DNA from: an uncultured virus (IMG/VR IMGVR_UViG_3300024262_004725)
Lineage: Duplodnaviria > Heunggongvirae > Uroviricota > Caudoviricetes
Length of the DNA stretch: 20,000 nt
Virus record (IMG/VR): IMGVR_UViG_3300024262_004725
Direction: 5' to 3' (one strand)
Both the position numbers and the translations under genes were made by a program. Positions 1 through 8,606 of the stretch are shown one piece after another; the first letter of the stretch is position 1; each line of letters opens with the position of its first letter. Below the pieces are notes generated by a model that saw nothing but the letters and a program-made list of their open reading frames with translations, did not search any database and had not been told where the DNA came from.

Positions 1-2
1 AA

Positions 3-1139
3 GTAAGTTTAGAATTAGGAAAAGAAAGAGGTCCATACCCTGCATTTAATGCAGAGTATGATAAGCCATATAGAAATGCTACACGAACTTGCATGGCTCC
101 TACAGGAACTATTTCAAGAATTGCAGGTGCATCATCTGGAATAGAACCTCTATATGCATTAGCATTTACTTCAAAAATTTTAGATGGATCTATACTTAAT
201 GATGTATCAGAATCTTTCTTAGTTTACGCCATGAAAAAAGGTTTTTATACAGAAGATTTAATTCAAAGAATAATTGATAATCAATTAAGTGGTTCAATAA
301 AAGGTCTTGTTAGTGAGCAACATGAAGAAGTTCTTACTACTGCATTAGAAGTAAGTCCTGAATGGCATATTAGACATCAAGCAAGATTTCAAAAATTTAC
401 AGATTTAGCAGTAAGTAAAACAATAAACTTACCTAAAGATGCGGATAAAGAAACTGTTAAAAATGCATATTTTCAAGCTTTTGATTCCAAGTGTAAAGGA
501 ATCACAATTTACAGGCAAGGAAGTAGAAATTTTGAAGTACTAACTACTAAATCTTCTACAGAATCTGCAGACAAAGAATTAGAAAACTTTTCATTAATTC
601 CTGAACAAATTCCTTGGGGAGCAGAAGCTCAAAGATACAGAGTTCCAACACCTGATGGATTAAGTGCACATATCAATGTAACTAAAGGAGCTAGTGGAAA
701 TCCCTTAGAAGTATTCATTCAAGTAGGTAAGAGTGGATATGATCTTCAAGCTGATATGGAAGCTATTGGCAGATTAATTAGTCTTGCATTACGTTCTGGA
801 ATTTCTATACATGCAATCCATGAACAAATAGTTGGAATTAATTCTGGAAGAACAGCATATCATGATAATAGAATAATCAAAAGTTATCCTGATGGTATTG
901 CTTTAGTTCTTGAAGAGTTTCTAACTATTAATACTACTGCAGAAGTAATAGCAGAAACACCTGTAGAATCTGGATTACTTAGTACATTACTTGCAGGTAA
1001 AACAAATGGAACAATGGAACAAGATAAATTAGAGCATCAAAGTAATCATGCCATTTGTCCTTCATGCAAAAATCCCTTAGTTTATGAAGAGGGATGTCAA
1101 AAATGTCAAAGCACTTATTGTGACTTTAGTAGATGTTAA
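3..1139 (+). CDS. nrdJ: Class II (adenosylcobalamin-dependent) ribonucleotide reductase, C-terminal part (5' end lies outside the window), with TSCPD-like domain and terminal Zn ribbon
   Basis: The frame is open from base 3 (VSLELGKERGPYPAF...RNATRTCMAPTGTIS), so the ATG at 93 is internal. Motifs: APTGTIS..AG.SSGIEP, HIRHQARFQKFTDLAVSKTINLP, CKGITIYRQGSR, PLEVFIQVGKSG...EAIGRLISLALRSG...SYPD, and CPSC...EEGCQKC..CDFSRC. Confidence 0.93.
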   Translation, partial: VSLELGKERGPYPAFNAEYDKPYRNATRTCMAPTGTISRIAGASSGIEPLYALAFTSKILDGSILNDVSESFLVYAMKKGFYTEDLIQRIIDNQLSGSIKGLVSEQHEEVLTTALEVSPEWHIRHQARFQKFTDLAVSKTINLPKDADKETVKNAYFQAFDSKCKGITIYRQGSRNFEVLTTKSSTESADKELENFSLIPEQIPWGAEAQRYRVPTPDGLSAHINVTKGASGNPLEVFIQVGKSGYDLQADMEAIGRLISLALRSGISIHAIHEQIVGINSGRTAYHDNRIIKSYPDGIALVLEEFLTINTTAEVIAETPVESGLLSTLLAGKTNGTMEQDKLEHQSNHAICPSCKNPLVYEEGCQKCQSTYCDFSRC

Positions 1140-1154
1140 AAGGAGATTAATAAA

Positions 1155-1445
1155 ATGAATATAACTTTTGAATCTGGCAAAATTACAAATATTAATAAGG
1201 GAACTCAAGAAGCTTTCACTATATTAGATGCATCTACTACAAACCCAATAGGAAAAGCTTTAATAGAAACATACCCTGAAGGAGAAAGAATAAGAACTCA
1301 ATGGTATATTTCTGCAAACTCAATAAATAGTGGTAGACCTGTTCAAGGATCTGCCATAAATGAAGAACATGCAAAAGAAATAATACAAGAAAAATTCAAT
1401 CAAGCTAATAGAGCTTCAAAAATATTCAAAAATTTTAAATTATAA
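1155..1445 (+). CDS. Hypothetical protein (96 aa)
   Basis: ORF preceded by a strong AAGGAG RBS; stop overlaps the next start (TAATG). Confidence 0.75.
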   Translation: MNITFESGKITNINKGTQEAFTILDASTTNPIGKALIETYPEGERIRTQWYISANSINSGRPVQGSAINEEHAKEIIQEKFNQANRASKIFKNFKL

Positions 1446-1654
1446 TGCTACAAGCTTTAAAATATTTAGTAATCTATGCAGTATTTAATTTTTCATTAAA
1501 AACATCTATTTTTATATTTCTTATTCATTTATCAATGGGGAGTATAGCAGTTTCTACAAATATTGAAATAGGCCTTGGTTATTTTGTTATTCAAATATTT
1601 GCTAGCATATTTTGGTTAGCTGTAATAATGAACAAAATTAGGATGGGAATTTAA
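1445..1654 (+). CDS. Small membrane protein (2 predicted TM segments)
   Basis: Two hydrophobic stretches; translationally coupled to the upstream gene. Confidence 0.65.
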   Translation: MLQALKYLVIYAVFNFSLKTSIFIFLIHLSMGSIAVSTNIEIGLGYFVIQIFASIFWLAVIMNKIRMGI

Positions 1655-1655
1655 G

Positions 1656-1973
1656 ATGACATCACCAGTAGACGGAATTTTATCAGTAGCGGCTCCAGTA
1701 GTTGCTGGTGCAGCAGTTATTGGATTAACTAATGCAGCAATGAAAACTACAACTCCTAGATCAGATGGAACACGTAGATCAGGAATTGTATTAAGTAAAA
1801 CAGTTACTAAAGCATCTAATGATCAAATTAGTACATTAGTTAATAAAGCAGAAGATCTTGGAGTACAAGATGTAGTTATTGAAGATAGTGTTGATGGTAC
1901 ATTTATTTTATTCCAATTTCCTGCAGGAACTAAACTTCCTGGTTTTAGAAAAGCTTTTGGTCGATTACATTAA
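1656..1973 (+). CDS. Hypothetical protein with N-terminal Ala/Val/Gly-rich hydrophobic helix
   Basis: ILSVAAPVVAGAAVIGLTNAAM followed by a small soluble domain; fills the gap between neighbours. Confidence 0.75.
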   Translation: MTSPVDGILSVAAPVVAGAAVIGLTNAAMKTTTPRSDGTRRSGIVLSKTVTKASNDQISTLVNKAEDLGVQDVVIEDSVDGTFILFQFPAGTKLPGFRKAFGRLH

Positions 1974-2009
1974 ATCATAAACAATAAATTAAAGTCTATA
2001 AAATAACAA

Positions 2010-3812
2010 ATGACAAAAATTCTAAATTATAAATATTCTCCATACATTTTAGCAATAGTGATCTTCTTCTGGTACTTACCTAATATAACTCCTGGTTATA
2101 CTTGGGTAAGTGCTGGAGTAGATCATTTTGATTTTATATTTGCAGCAAGATTTCATTTAGTACCACATTCTACTGGATTTCCTGCATATATGATACCTGC
2201 TAATTTAGTATTAATGGCATCACCTAATACTCATATTGCATGGACAATGGCAATTACATTATCTATGATTCCTATGGTAATTACAGGTGTACTAGTACAT
2301 TTATCAGTTAAAAAACTAATTGAAAATTGGGGCTCTTCATTAAACAAAGAATTTGAAACTACTCCAATTGACAAAACATTTCAACTTATTGATTACAAAA
2401 TATGGACACCTTATGTAGCACAGCTAATTACTTACGGCGCAGTATTATTAATCGCACAAACATTCATAGTAGAAGTATATCTTTTTTCTATTATGATTGC
2501 GATGACAGCAATCACTTTTCATATATACGGAAAACACAATTGGGCATCAGTTTTTATAGGACTTGCATTTGCTTCGCACGGACTAACTTGGACAATGATG
2601 GGATTATTATTACTCATCAATTGGAAGACGTATATATCTAAATGGTGGATTCTTTCAATATTTGCAATAACACCTTATGCATATTTACCAATTGCAATGT
2701 CAATGACAGAATTTGGCGAAGAAAATACATTAAGAAATAATCAAATATCTGAATATTATAGATTTTTTAAATTTGGTTCTTCAAGTTTTTGGTGGGGAAC
2801 ATTACCAATATGGAAAGTACCTGAACGCATATGGGATTCACTCATCTTAATTTCGGTAACCCTAGGACTAGGAAGTCTCTCTTTAATTCTATTTATAAAA
2901 CACGATATGAAAAAATATTGGTGGCTAATTCTGATAATAGCCCCAACACTATATTACTGGTTCGGAACTGCAGTGAACATCGTTCATGTACACTTTGCAT
3001 TAGCAGTACCTGTAATAATAATTCTAGCAAGCCTAGGATTAAAATACAGCACAATTCATCCAAAGTATTACGCATTAGTAGCCCTAGCTATAATTTTAAC
3101 AATCCCATTTTATTGGGATCTAGGGAGAACTTTAGATAAAAATCAAGCATCACAATCCTATTATGATTTCTTTGATACATTAGAAAATGATGATCATGTC
3201 ATTATTAATGTAGCAATAACTACAGTAGAAAAAGAAAATGAAACAGTAACAGCATTAACAGATGGAGTAGCTATTTGGTGGGGTACTTTATTATATAACA
3301 GATTAAATAATAGAAAAATTACACCAATTTCACCTAATAAATATTTAGATGTAAATAATAGTTTTGATCCAGCAAGAAACGAAGGAAGAAAACAAACATC
3401 ATTAAATTATCAAAATAGTTTAATTCAGTATGGATTAAATCCAGTTGATGCTTTATTATTAAAAGAACAAGAAGGAACTGGATGGTATGTAGAACTCAAT
3501 GGAAAAGAGATTAATATACCAGATAACATCTACGATCCTTGTGATCCATCTTGTATAGATCCAGAAAGAAATATTTTTCAAATTCAACAATGGTGGTTAA
3601 TAGACAGAATTTTCCTTGCTAATCCTAATCAAACAATTCATTTAACAGAAAATATAGGAAGAGAAGAAAAAGATATTATAGATAGGATATATACACGTGA
3701 CTTATTACCTACAAACATTGCAATTGCATTTGAACAAATTTACAATGAAGCAGGGATTAGCATTACTACTAGGGGTAATACTAGGAACAACTTTTATAAC
3801 ATCGACAGTTAG
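2010..3812 (+). CDS. DUF2723/TMEM260-like multi-TM GT-C-fold glycosyltransferase
   Basis: The N-terminal loop PGYTWVSAGVDHFDFIFAA...VPHSTGFPAY resembles the DUF2723 D..E/D...AA...PHPPGYPLY signature. Also EVY and GLAFASH motifs, about 10 TM segments and a C-terminal soluble domain. Confidence 0.75.
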   Translation: MTKILNYKYSPYILAIVIFFWYLPNITPGYTWVSAGVDHFDFIFAARFHLVPHSTGFPAYMIPANLVLMASPNTHIAWTMAITLSMIPMVITGVLVHLSVKKLIENWGSSLNKEFETTPIDKTFQLIDYKIWTPYVAQLITYGAVLLIAQTFIVEVYLFSIMIAMTAITFHIYGKHNWASVFIGLAFASHGLTWTMMGLLLLINWKTYISKWWILSIFAITPYAYLPIAMSMTEFGEENTLRNNQISEYYRFFKFGSSSFWWGTLPIWKVPERIWDSLILISVTLGLGSLSLILFIKHDMKKYWWLILIIAPTLYYWFGTAVNIVHVHFALAVPVIIILASLGLKYSTIHPKYYALVALAIILTIPFYWDLGRTLDKNQASQSYYDFFDTLENDDHVIINVAITTVEKENETVTALTDGVAIWWGTLLYNRLNNRKITPISPNKYLDVNNSFDPARNEGRKQTSLNYQNSLIQYGLNPVDALLLKEQEGTGWYVELNGKEINIPDNIYDPCDPSCIDPERNIFQIQQWWLIDRIFLANPNQTIHLTENIGREEKDIIDRIYTRDLLPTNIAIAFEQIYNEAGISITTRGNTRNNFYNIDS

Positions 3813-4923
3813 CTCAGTTACTTTTGACGGATTTTCAGGTAGTAATGTAATTTCTTATTATATAGGATGGAGAATTCATACTGCAGAAATATTAATATTA
3901 CCAATAATTTTTTATTTGTTAATAATAAAGCCTAAAATTTCAGATTTCAAACAAATAAATATAATAATATTCTTTGGTTTATATTTTAGTATACTAATTT
4001 CTATATTTTTTTCACAAAATAGTTCAAATTCAATACTCCATATTACTAGATTTCTTTTATATATGTATTTTGGTATGTATATTGTTAAGTTAATAAATAT
4101 AAAATGGGTAGCTTGGGGTTTATTTTCTTTTACTCATTTTGCAATTATCTGGGGAACATTAGAATTTAACATACATAATACATTATTAAATGGCCCATTA
4201 GGTAATCCAGCAATAATGGCAGGATTAATAATTGTAAGTAGTGTATTTTTATATGAAGTTTATAATAAAAATTATTTATTATTAACTTATATTTCTTTTG
4301 TTGGATTAACAGGAAGTAGAACAGGAATATTAACTGCATTAATTATACTAACTATTGCAGCTATTATAGATTTTAAAGAATATAAAGGAAAAACAGTAAA
4401 AAAGTATTTAGCTGATATATTACTTTTAAGCTGTCTTACTTTTATAGCAATCACTCAAACAACAACAGGGCCTAATAGATTTGATGTAGTAGCAGATTTT
4501 ATACAACAAGAACGTACATTAGAACAATTTAGTAGCCATAGATCAGAAGATATTAAAGACTCATGGAAAGTAATAAAAGAGAACTTCCCTCTAGGGGTAG
4601 GCTTCCACAACATAGGATTAACACAAGAAAACATTCCTCACAACATTCCAATAATTCTATTAACAGAACTTGGAATTTTAGCAGTGATTTTCTTAATGCT
4701 ATATTTGGTACTATTATTATTATCACGCTCATTATTATTATTAGCTATGGGATTGATAGGATTAGGTGATTACTACTTATATCAAGGTACTTGGGCAGTA
4801 TTTGTTTTTACATCTATTATAATTGGAATACACATAGGACAACTTAATGAAGAATCTGTTAAGAGATTACTGGCAACATGGAAGCGCAGTACTAATATTA
4901 ATTTTTATTTCAATAAACTTTGA
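3745..4923 (+). CDS. O-antigen ligase/polymerase (Wzy_C) family membrane protein
   Basis: GPLGNPA, LTGSRTG, R...W......PLGVG and PHN..I.LLTELGI motifs; 10-12 TM segments. I prefer the ATG at 3745 (MKQGLALL) to the GTG at 3697 because it gives a smaller overlap. Confidence 0.85.
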   Translation: MKQGLALLLGVILGTTFITSTVSSVTFDGFSGSNVISYYIGWRIHTAEILILPIIFYLLIIKPKISDFKQINIIIFFGLYFSILISIFFSQNSSNSILHITRFLLYMYFGMYIVKLINIKWVAWGLFSFTHFAIIWGTLEFNIHNTLLNGPLGNPAIMAGLIIVSSVFLYEVYNKNYLLLTYISFVGLTGSRTGILTALIILTIAAIIDFKEYKGKTVKKYLADILLLSCLTFIAITQTTTGPNRFDVVADFIQQERTLEQFSSHRSEDIKDSWKVIKENFPLGVGFHNIGLTQENIPHNIPIILLTELGILAVIFLMLYLVLLLLSRSLLLLAMGLIGLGDYYLYQGTWAVFVFTSIIIGIHIGQLNEESVKRLLATWKRSTNINFYFNKL

Positions 4924-5479
4924 ATTTGCAAGAGATTATGTATCAGGAAGATTAGAATATAAATGGTTATTTGCAGAATTATCTAATAAAGATGTAAAAC
5001 TCTTTACAATCTTAATAACAATTGGAGCGGGTGCAGGTTTTTTGGTAAACGCAATTATTCAAAATATAAGAACTAAAACAAAAGAAGCTACTAATGTTGC
5101 CCTAGAAGAACGTAATCGTTTTATTAAATTTGGTATAGTTGGATTAATGGGAGTGGGTTGGAAAACATTACTTCTTTGGCAAGGAGTCGAAAAATATGGA
5201 ATTTCAGAATATATTGTTATTATTCCCATCTTCTTTATTATCTTTTTTCATAATTATATACTTAATACGATCTGGAGTTTTAGAGGACTCACTACTACTG
5301 AAAATAGTCTTTTTAAGTATTTGGGTATTAACATCTTTTCTGGGTTGGTATATTTCTCCTGTTATTACTCATTTTTACTTCTTCATACTCATTATATTTT
5401 TGCCTCATTACTCGGTGTTGGAGCAGCAGCGTTTATAAATTTTGCAGGTAGTAGATTAGGTGTTTGGAAAACAGTTTAA
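4847..5479 (+). CDS. gtrA: GtrA-family lipid-linked sugar flippase with an extra N-terminal 2-TM extension
   Basis: C-terminal ~120 aa: RFIKFGIVG, HNYILNTIWSF, KYLGIN, INFAGSRLGVW, the typical 4-TM GtrA pattern. Confidence 0.85.
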   Translation: MKNLLRDYWQHGSAVLILIFISINFEFARDYVSGRLEYKWLFAELSNKDVKLFTILITIGAGAGFLVNAIIQNIRTKTKEATNVALEERNRFIKFGIVGLMGVGWKTLLLWQGVEKYGISEYIVIIPIFFIIFFHNYILNTIWSFRGLTTTENSLFKYLGINIFSGLVYFSCYYSFLLLHTHYIFASLLGVGAAAFINFAGSRLGVWKTV

Positions 5480-5494
5480 CTAAAGGAATTTAAT

Positions 5495-5767
5495 ATGCCA
5501 AGTACTAAACACGCTATATTAAAAGCAGTATCAGAATATCCTTTTAGAGAAGGAATAGATGTAAATAGTTTATATAGTGATGCAAAAGAATTAAAACCAG
5601 AATTAGAAATTAGAGATTTTGATAGAACATTAATTCATCTAGTTAAAAATAATTTTTTAGATGCAGATAACATAAAAATGGACACCGATAATGTTGATAT
5701 AGGAATACCTGCAAGAATTAAAAGAGGATTCTTTATCCTTACTATGAAAGGTGATTTAGAAATATAA
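5495..5767 (+). CDS. Putative winged-helix DNA-binding protein
   Basis: ILKAV...L....K......F...L..L.KNNFL and terminal FILTMKG resemble wHTH proteins; AAGGA RBS. Confidence 0.5.
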   Translation: MPSTKHAILKAVSEYPFREGIDVNSLYSDAKELKPELEIRDFDRTLIHLVKNNFLDADNIKMDTDNVDIGIPARIKRGFFILTMKGDLEI

Positions 5768-6042
5768 TGTCAGGATTAATTGCAACTTTTAGAACAGAAA
5801 CTGGAAATGTACTTGTAATTAAAGTACAACAAGCAGCTAGAGAAATACAAAGTGAATTTTCAGGAAATCCTCAAGTTTCATTAGAACGCGATGATGAAAA
5901 TGATTTACAATTAATAGTATATAATATGAAATTTTCAGATGTTGAAAAAGTACATCAAAGATTTACAGGTAAAGCTGGAATAAAAAATATAGAAATATTA
6001 GATACAATTAAAGTAATGGACAGAGGACTAACAGAAATTTAA
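5767..6042 (+). CDS. Hypothetical protein (91 aa), probable paralog of 6532..6846
   Basis: TAATG coupling; shares SGLI...DD....D..K..Q pattern with 6532..6846. Confidence 0.75.
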   Translation: MSGLIATFRTETGNVLVIKVQQAAREIQSEFSGNPQVSLERDDENDLQLIVYNMKFSDVEKVHQRFTGKAGIKNIEILDTIKVMDRGLTEI

Positions 6043-6044
6043 AA

Positions 6045-6218
6045 ATGTTTTATTCTCTATTTAATCTAAATAAAGAGGGGTCAAAAAAGGCTGGACAAAA
6101 CACAACAATTAATGATATAATTAACTTACTACCGCTAATAATACCTATAACATTAATTTTACTTATTTTAGGTATAATAAAACCAGATAGAAGTAATATA
6201 GATTTAAGAAAAGGATAA
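6045..6218 (+). CDS. Possible 57-aa single-TM protein (not in ORF track)
   Basis: Hand translation MFYSLFNLNKEGSKKAGQNTTINDIINLLPLIIPITLILLILGIIKPDRSNIDLRKG fills the whole gap, but it overlaps a promoter. Confidence 0.4.
   Translation: MFYSLFNLNKEGSKKAGQNTTINDIINLLPLIIPITLILLILGIIKPDRSNIDLRKG
6076..6121 (+). promoter_or_regulatory. Sigma70-type promoter with extended -10 and upstream AGGGGTCA box
   Basis: TGGACA 6092-6097, 18-nt spacer, TG-A-TATAAT (-10 at 6116-6121); AGGGGTCA at 6076-6083. Confidence 0.7.
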
Positions 6219-6226
6219 TAATATGG
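6202..6226 (+). repeat. 25-bp direct repeat, copy 1 (RBS plus start codon)
   Basis: ATTTAAGAAAAGGATAATAATATGG, identical to 6511-6535. Confidence 0.95.
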
Positions 6227-6516
6227 CTACTAGAATAGATAAAAAGCAATATAAAAATGCAAAAGAAGATAGCCCCTCAGTTATTATTGCATTTAGTTCT
6301 AACCAAAAATTATCAAAATATGATTTAGCAGATTTAGCTTACCAATTAAAATTTCACATACCCAATAATGAAGCTATAAGTATACTAAGAGAATTAAAAA
6401 AGAAAAGAAGTAAAGAAGAAATAGTAGCAATTAAAGCTAATTTTTTAAAGTCATTAGATTATAACTTACAATCTTCAGATATAAAGCATATAAAGAATTT
6501 ACGAAAAGTAATTTAA
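6223..6516 (+). CDS. Hypothetical basic protein (97 aa)
   Basis: AAGGA RBS; bracketed by the 25-bp repeat. Confidence 0.75.
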   Translation: MATRIDKKQYKNAKEDSPSVIIAFSSNQKLSKYDLADLAYQLKFHIPNNEAISILRELKKKRSKEEIVAIKANFLKSLDYNLQSSDIKHIKNLRKVI

Positions 6517-6535
6517 GAAAAGGATAATAATATGG
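6511..6535 (+). repeat. 25-bp direct repeat, copy 2
   Basis: ATTTAAGAAAAGGATAATAATATGG, identical to 6202-6226. Confidence 0.95.
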
Positions 6536-6846
6536 TTATGGAAGATCTACCAATACCTGAAAATGAAGAAAGACGTAAAGCTGTACGTTCTATATCAAAC
6601 AGACATTCAGGTCTTATATTTAAATTAAAAGGAGATCAATTTTCTGAAGCTAAAAAAATTTTACAAATACTTCGTAATGATATAAGAGCAGATAATCCAG
6701 GAATAAAAACAGAATTTGATATTGATGATAGAGGAAATACAACTGTTGCTGTTTTAGATATTAGACAACAAGATGCAAGAAAACTTTTGCAAAAAGTAAA
6801 AGATAATAATGTTGGTTTTGATCACGACATACTCGAATTTAGATAG
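6532..6846 (+). CDS. Hypothetical protein (104 aa), probable paralog of 5767..6042
   Basis: AAGGA RBS; shared sequence pattern with 5767..6042. Confidence 0.78.
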   Translation: MVMEDLPIPENEERRKAVRSISNRHSGLIFKLKGDQFSEAKKILQILRNDIRADNPGIKTEFDIDDRGNTTVAVLDIRQQDARKLLQKVKDNNVGFDHDILEFR

Positions 6847-6854
6847 GAACTATT

Positions 6855-7088
6855 ATGAGTGTAGTAGATAGACATTTAGAAAATTTAAAAGATACAGGAC
6901 ATAAAACATTTGATGTTAAATTTTCTGTAAGATCTGGACAAGATTTAGTTCAATTAGATGAAGCAGCACGTAGTTCACAAACCTTAATGGTTGAACGTGC
7001 AGGATCAAATCAAATTAGAATAGTAGGTATTTCTGATGAATTCGATTTAATTCAAGGAATTCCAGGCACTACATTAGTTGAGATGTAA
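6855..7088 (+). CDS. Hypothetical protein (77 aa)
   Basis: AGGA RBS; tight packing with neighbours. Confidence 0.72.
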   Translation: MSVVDRHLENLKDTGHKTFDVKFSVRSGQDLVQLDEAARSSQTLMVERAGSNQIRIVGISDEFDLIQGIPGTTLVEM

Positions 7089-7090
7089 CA

Positions 7091-7666
7091 ATGAGTAGAA
7101 TTATTGTTCAGATTCCGAATACTGCTAACCCTACTATTACTAGAAATTTAGAATTTTCAATTGAAAGAGAACAATTACAAGGTAAGTCTGTAAATATTAC
7201 TAATATTATTAATCAAAATAATAATATAATTTATTTTATAGATACAGAAGAAAGTGCAGATTATACCTTCACATTAAATAGAAAAATTGAAAATCAAATA
7301 CGAGGAATTGGAAAAACTAATTTAGATGTTAATTATACAGAAACAGAAGTAAATGAAGAATTAATCAGACATGATAATGCAATACAAAAAATGAGGTTAA
7401 GAGATGAAAAATCTAGTCCTAGTGAAAGATTAAAAAGAGAAAAAAATAGACTACGTGGGCACATCTTTAGACTGCAAGATAATAAAGCTCGCGCAAAAAG
7501 AATATTTAGAATGACAGGAGAAGAACAACATAAAAATGAAATGGAAAAAATAGAAAAAAATATTGAAAGATTAGAAAAACGTAGATCAGAATTAACATTA
7601 AATGGAATAGAAAGTAAAACAAACGTTAATTTATCTGATGATGATATAAATAGTTTATTAAATTAA
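7091..7666 (+). CDS. Hypothetical protein with basic C-terminal coiled coil
   Basis: Long ORF; E/K/R-rich heptad-like C-terminal half. Confidence 0.75.
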   Translation: MSRIIVQIPNTANPTITRNLEFSIEREQLQGKSVNITNIINQNNNIIYFIDTEESADYTFTLNRKIENQIRGIGKTNLDVNYTETEVNEELIRHDNAIQKMRLRDEKSSPSERLKREKNRLRGHIFRLQDNKARAKRIFRMTGEEQHKNEMEKIEKNIERLEKRRSELTLNGIESKTNVNLSDDDINSLLN

Positions 7667-7675
7667 AGGTTTAAA

Positions 7676-8605
7676 ATGATAAAAACAATTGCAGTTATCG
7701 GGTCTAGTGGATATATAGCATCAGCTCTTTGCCCTAGACTTGAACAATATGGTTTTAAAGTAATTCAAATTGAAAGTATTCAATTCGCAAATCAGCATAC
7801 AACATATGTTAATAATTTATTAGATTCAAATACAAATACTTTATTTGAAATACTTAGTGAAGCTGATTTAGTTATTTATGCAGCAGCAATAAATGGACAA
7901 CCTGCAACAGAAAAAGAACCTGAAATTGCAGTTTGGTTAAATGGTAATTTACCTTCTAAAATTTCAGAAAACTTCTCTACTCTTTATTTAGGAGCAGAAA
8001 GTTCATATGGAGATGTTAAGCCTAAAGATCATAAATTAGGTATTCAAGAAACTGATAAACCTAATGCAAAAGTTGCATATGCAGTATCTAAATTATATGG
8101 AGAAGAATGTGTAATTCTTAATAAAGGTACGGTTCTTAGATTAGCTACAGTATTTGGACCATCTTCTAATATTAGAACAGAAAATTTAATTCATGGATTA
8201 GCTGTAGAACTTTTACAAGAAAATAAATTAGAAATTTATCAACCAGATACTTTTAGAAATATATTATACATTGAAGACTTACTTCAAGTACTTATAAACT
8301 TAATATCAACTTTTAATAAAACAGATCAAGGACAAATATATAATATTGCAACTAGAGCTACAACTAAAAGAACTATAGTCGAAACCTTTTTAGATTTAAT
8401 TTACTTTGAAAAAGGTAGAGATGAATATTTAAAAATAAAATTTGTAGATAAAAAAGATATTGAAAATAGACAATTTATACTAGCAACAAACAAAATAAAA
8501 CAAAGATTACCTAATATTAAAATTCAAACAGAAATGAAAAATTTTATACAGGAATTAAATTTCACTTTAAACGCTTTAAAATTAGAAGGAAAGCATCTAC
8601 AATAA
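7676..8605 (+). CDS. NAD-dependent NDP-sugar epimerase/dehydratase (extended SDR)
   Basis: VIGSSGYIAS Rossmann motif, YAVSK (YxxxK), LRLATVFGPS, RNILYIED, GQIYNI. Confidence 0.9.
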   Translation: MIKTIAVIGSSGYIASALCPRLEQYGFKVIQIESIQFANQHTTYVNNLLDSNTNTLFEILSEADLVIYAAAINGQPATEKEPEIAVWLNGNLPSKISENFSTLYLGAESSYGDVKPKDHKLGIQETDKPNAKVAYAVSKLYGEECVILNKGTVLRLATVFGPSSNIRTENLIHGLAVELLQENKLEIYQPDTFRNILYIEDLLQVLINLISTFNKTDQGQIYNIATRATTKRTIVETFLDLIYFEKGRDEYLKIKFVDKKDIENRQFILATNKIKQRLPNIKIQTEMKNFIQELNFTLNALKLEGKHLQ

Positions 8606-8606
8606 A

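Noticed and set aside
93..95. ATG at 93 as the start of the RNR gene
   Set aside because: The frame is open from base 3 with RNR-like sequence, so the gene begins upstream of the window.
2402..5438. Alternative-frame ORFs 2402..2641, 2831..3139, 2893..3075(-), 4563..4769, 5196..5438
   Set aside because: They are nested in well-supported membrane-protein genes and have no recognisable motifs; they are shadow ORFs.
6202..6535. 25-bp repeat as a CRISPR array or att site
   Set aside because: Only two copies 309 bp apart, made of RBS plus ATG; no cas or integrase gene in the window.
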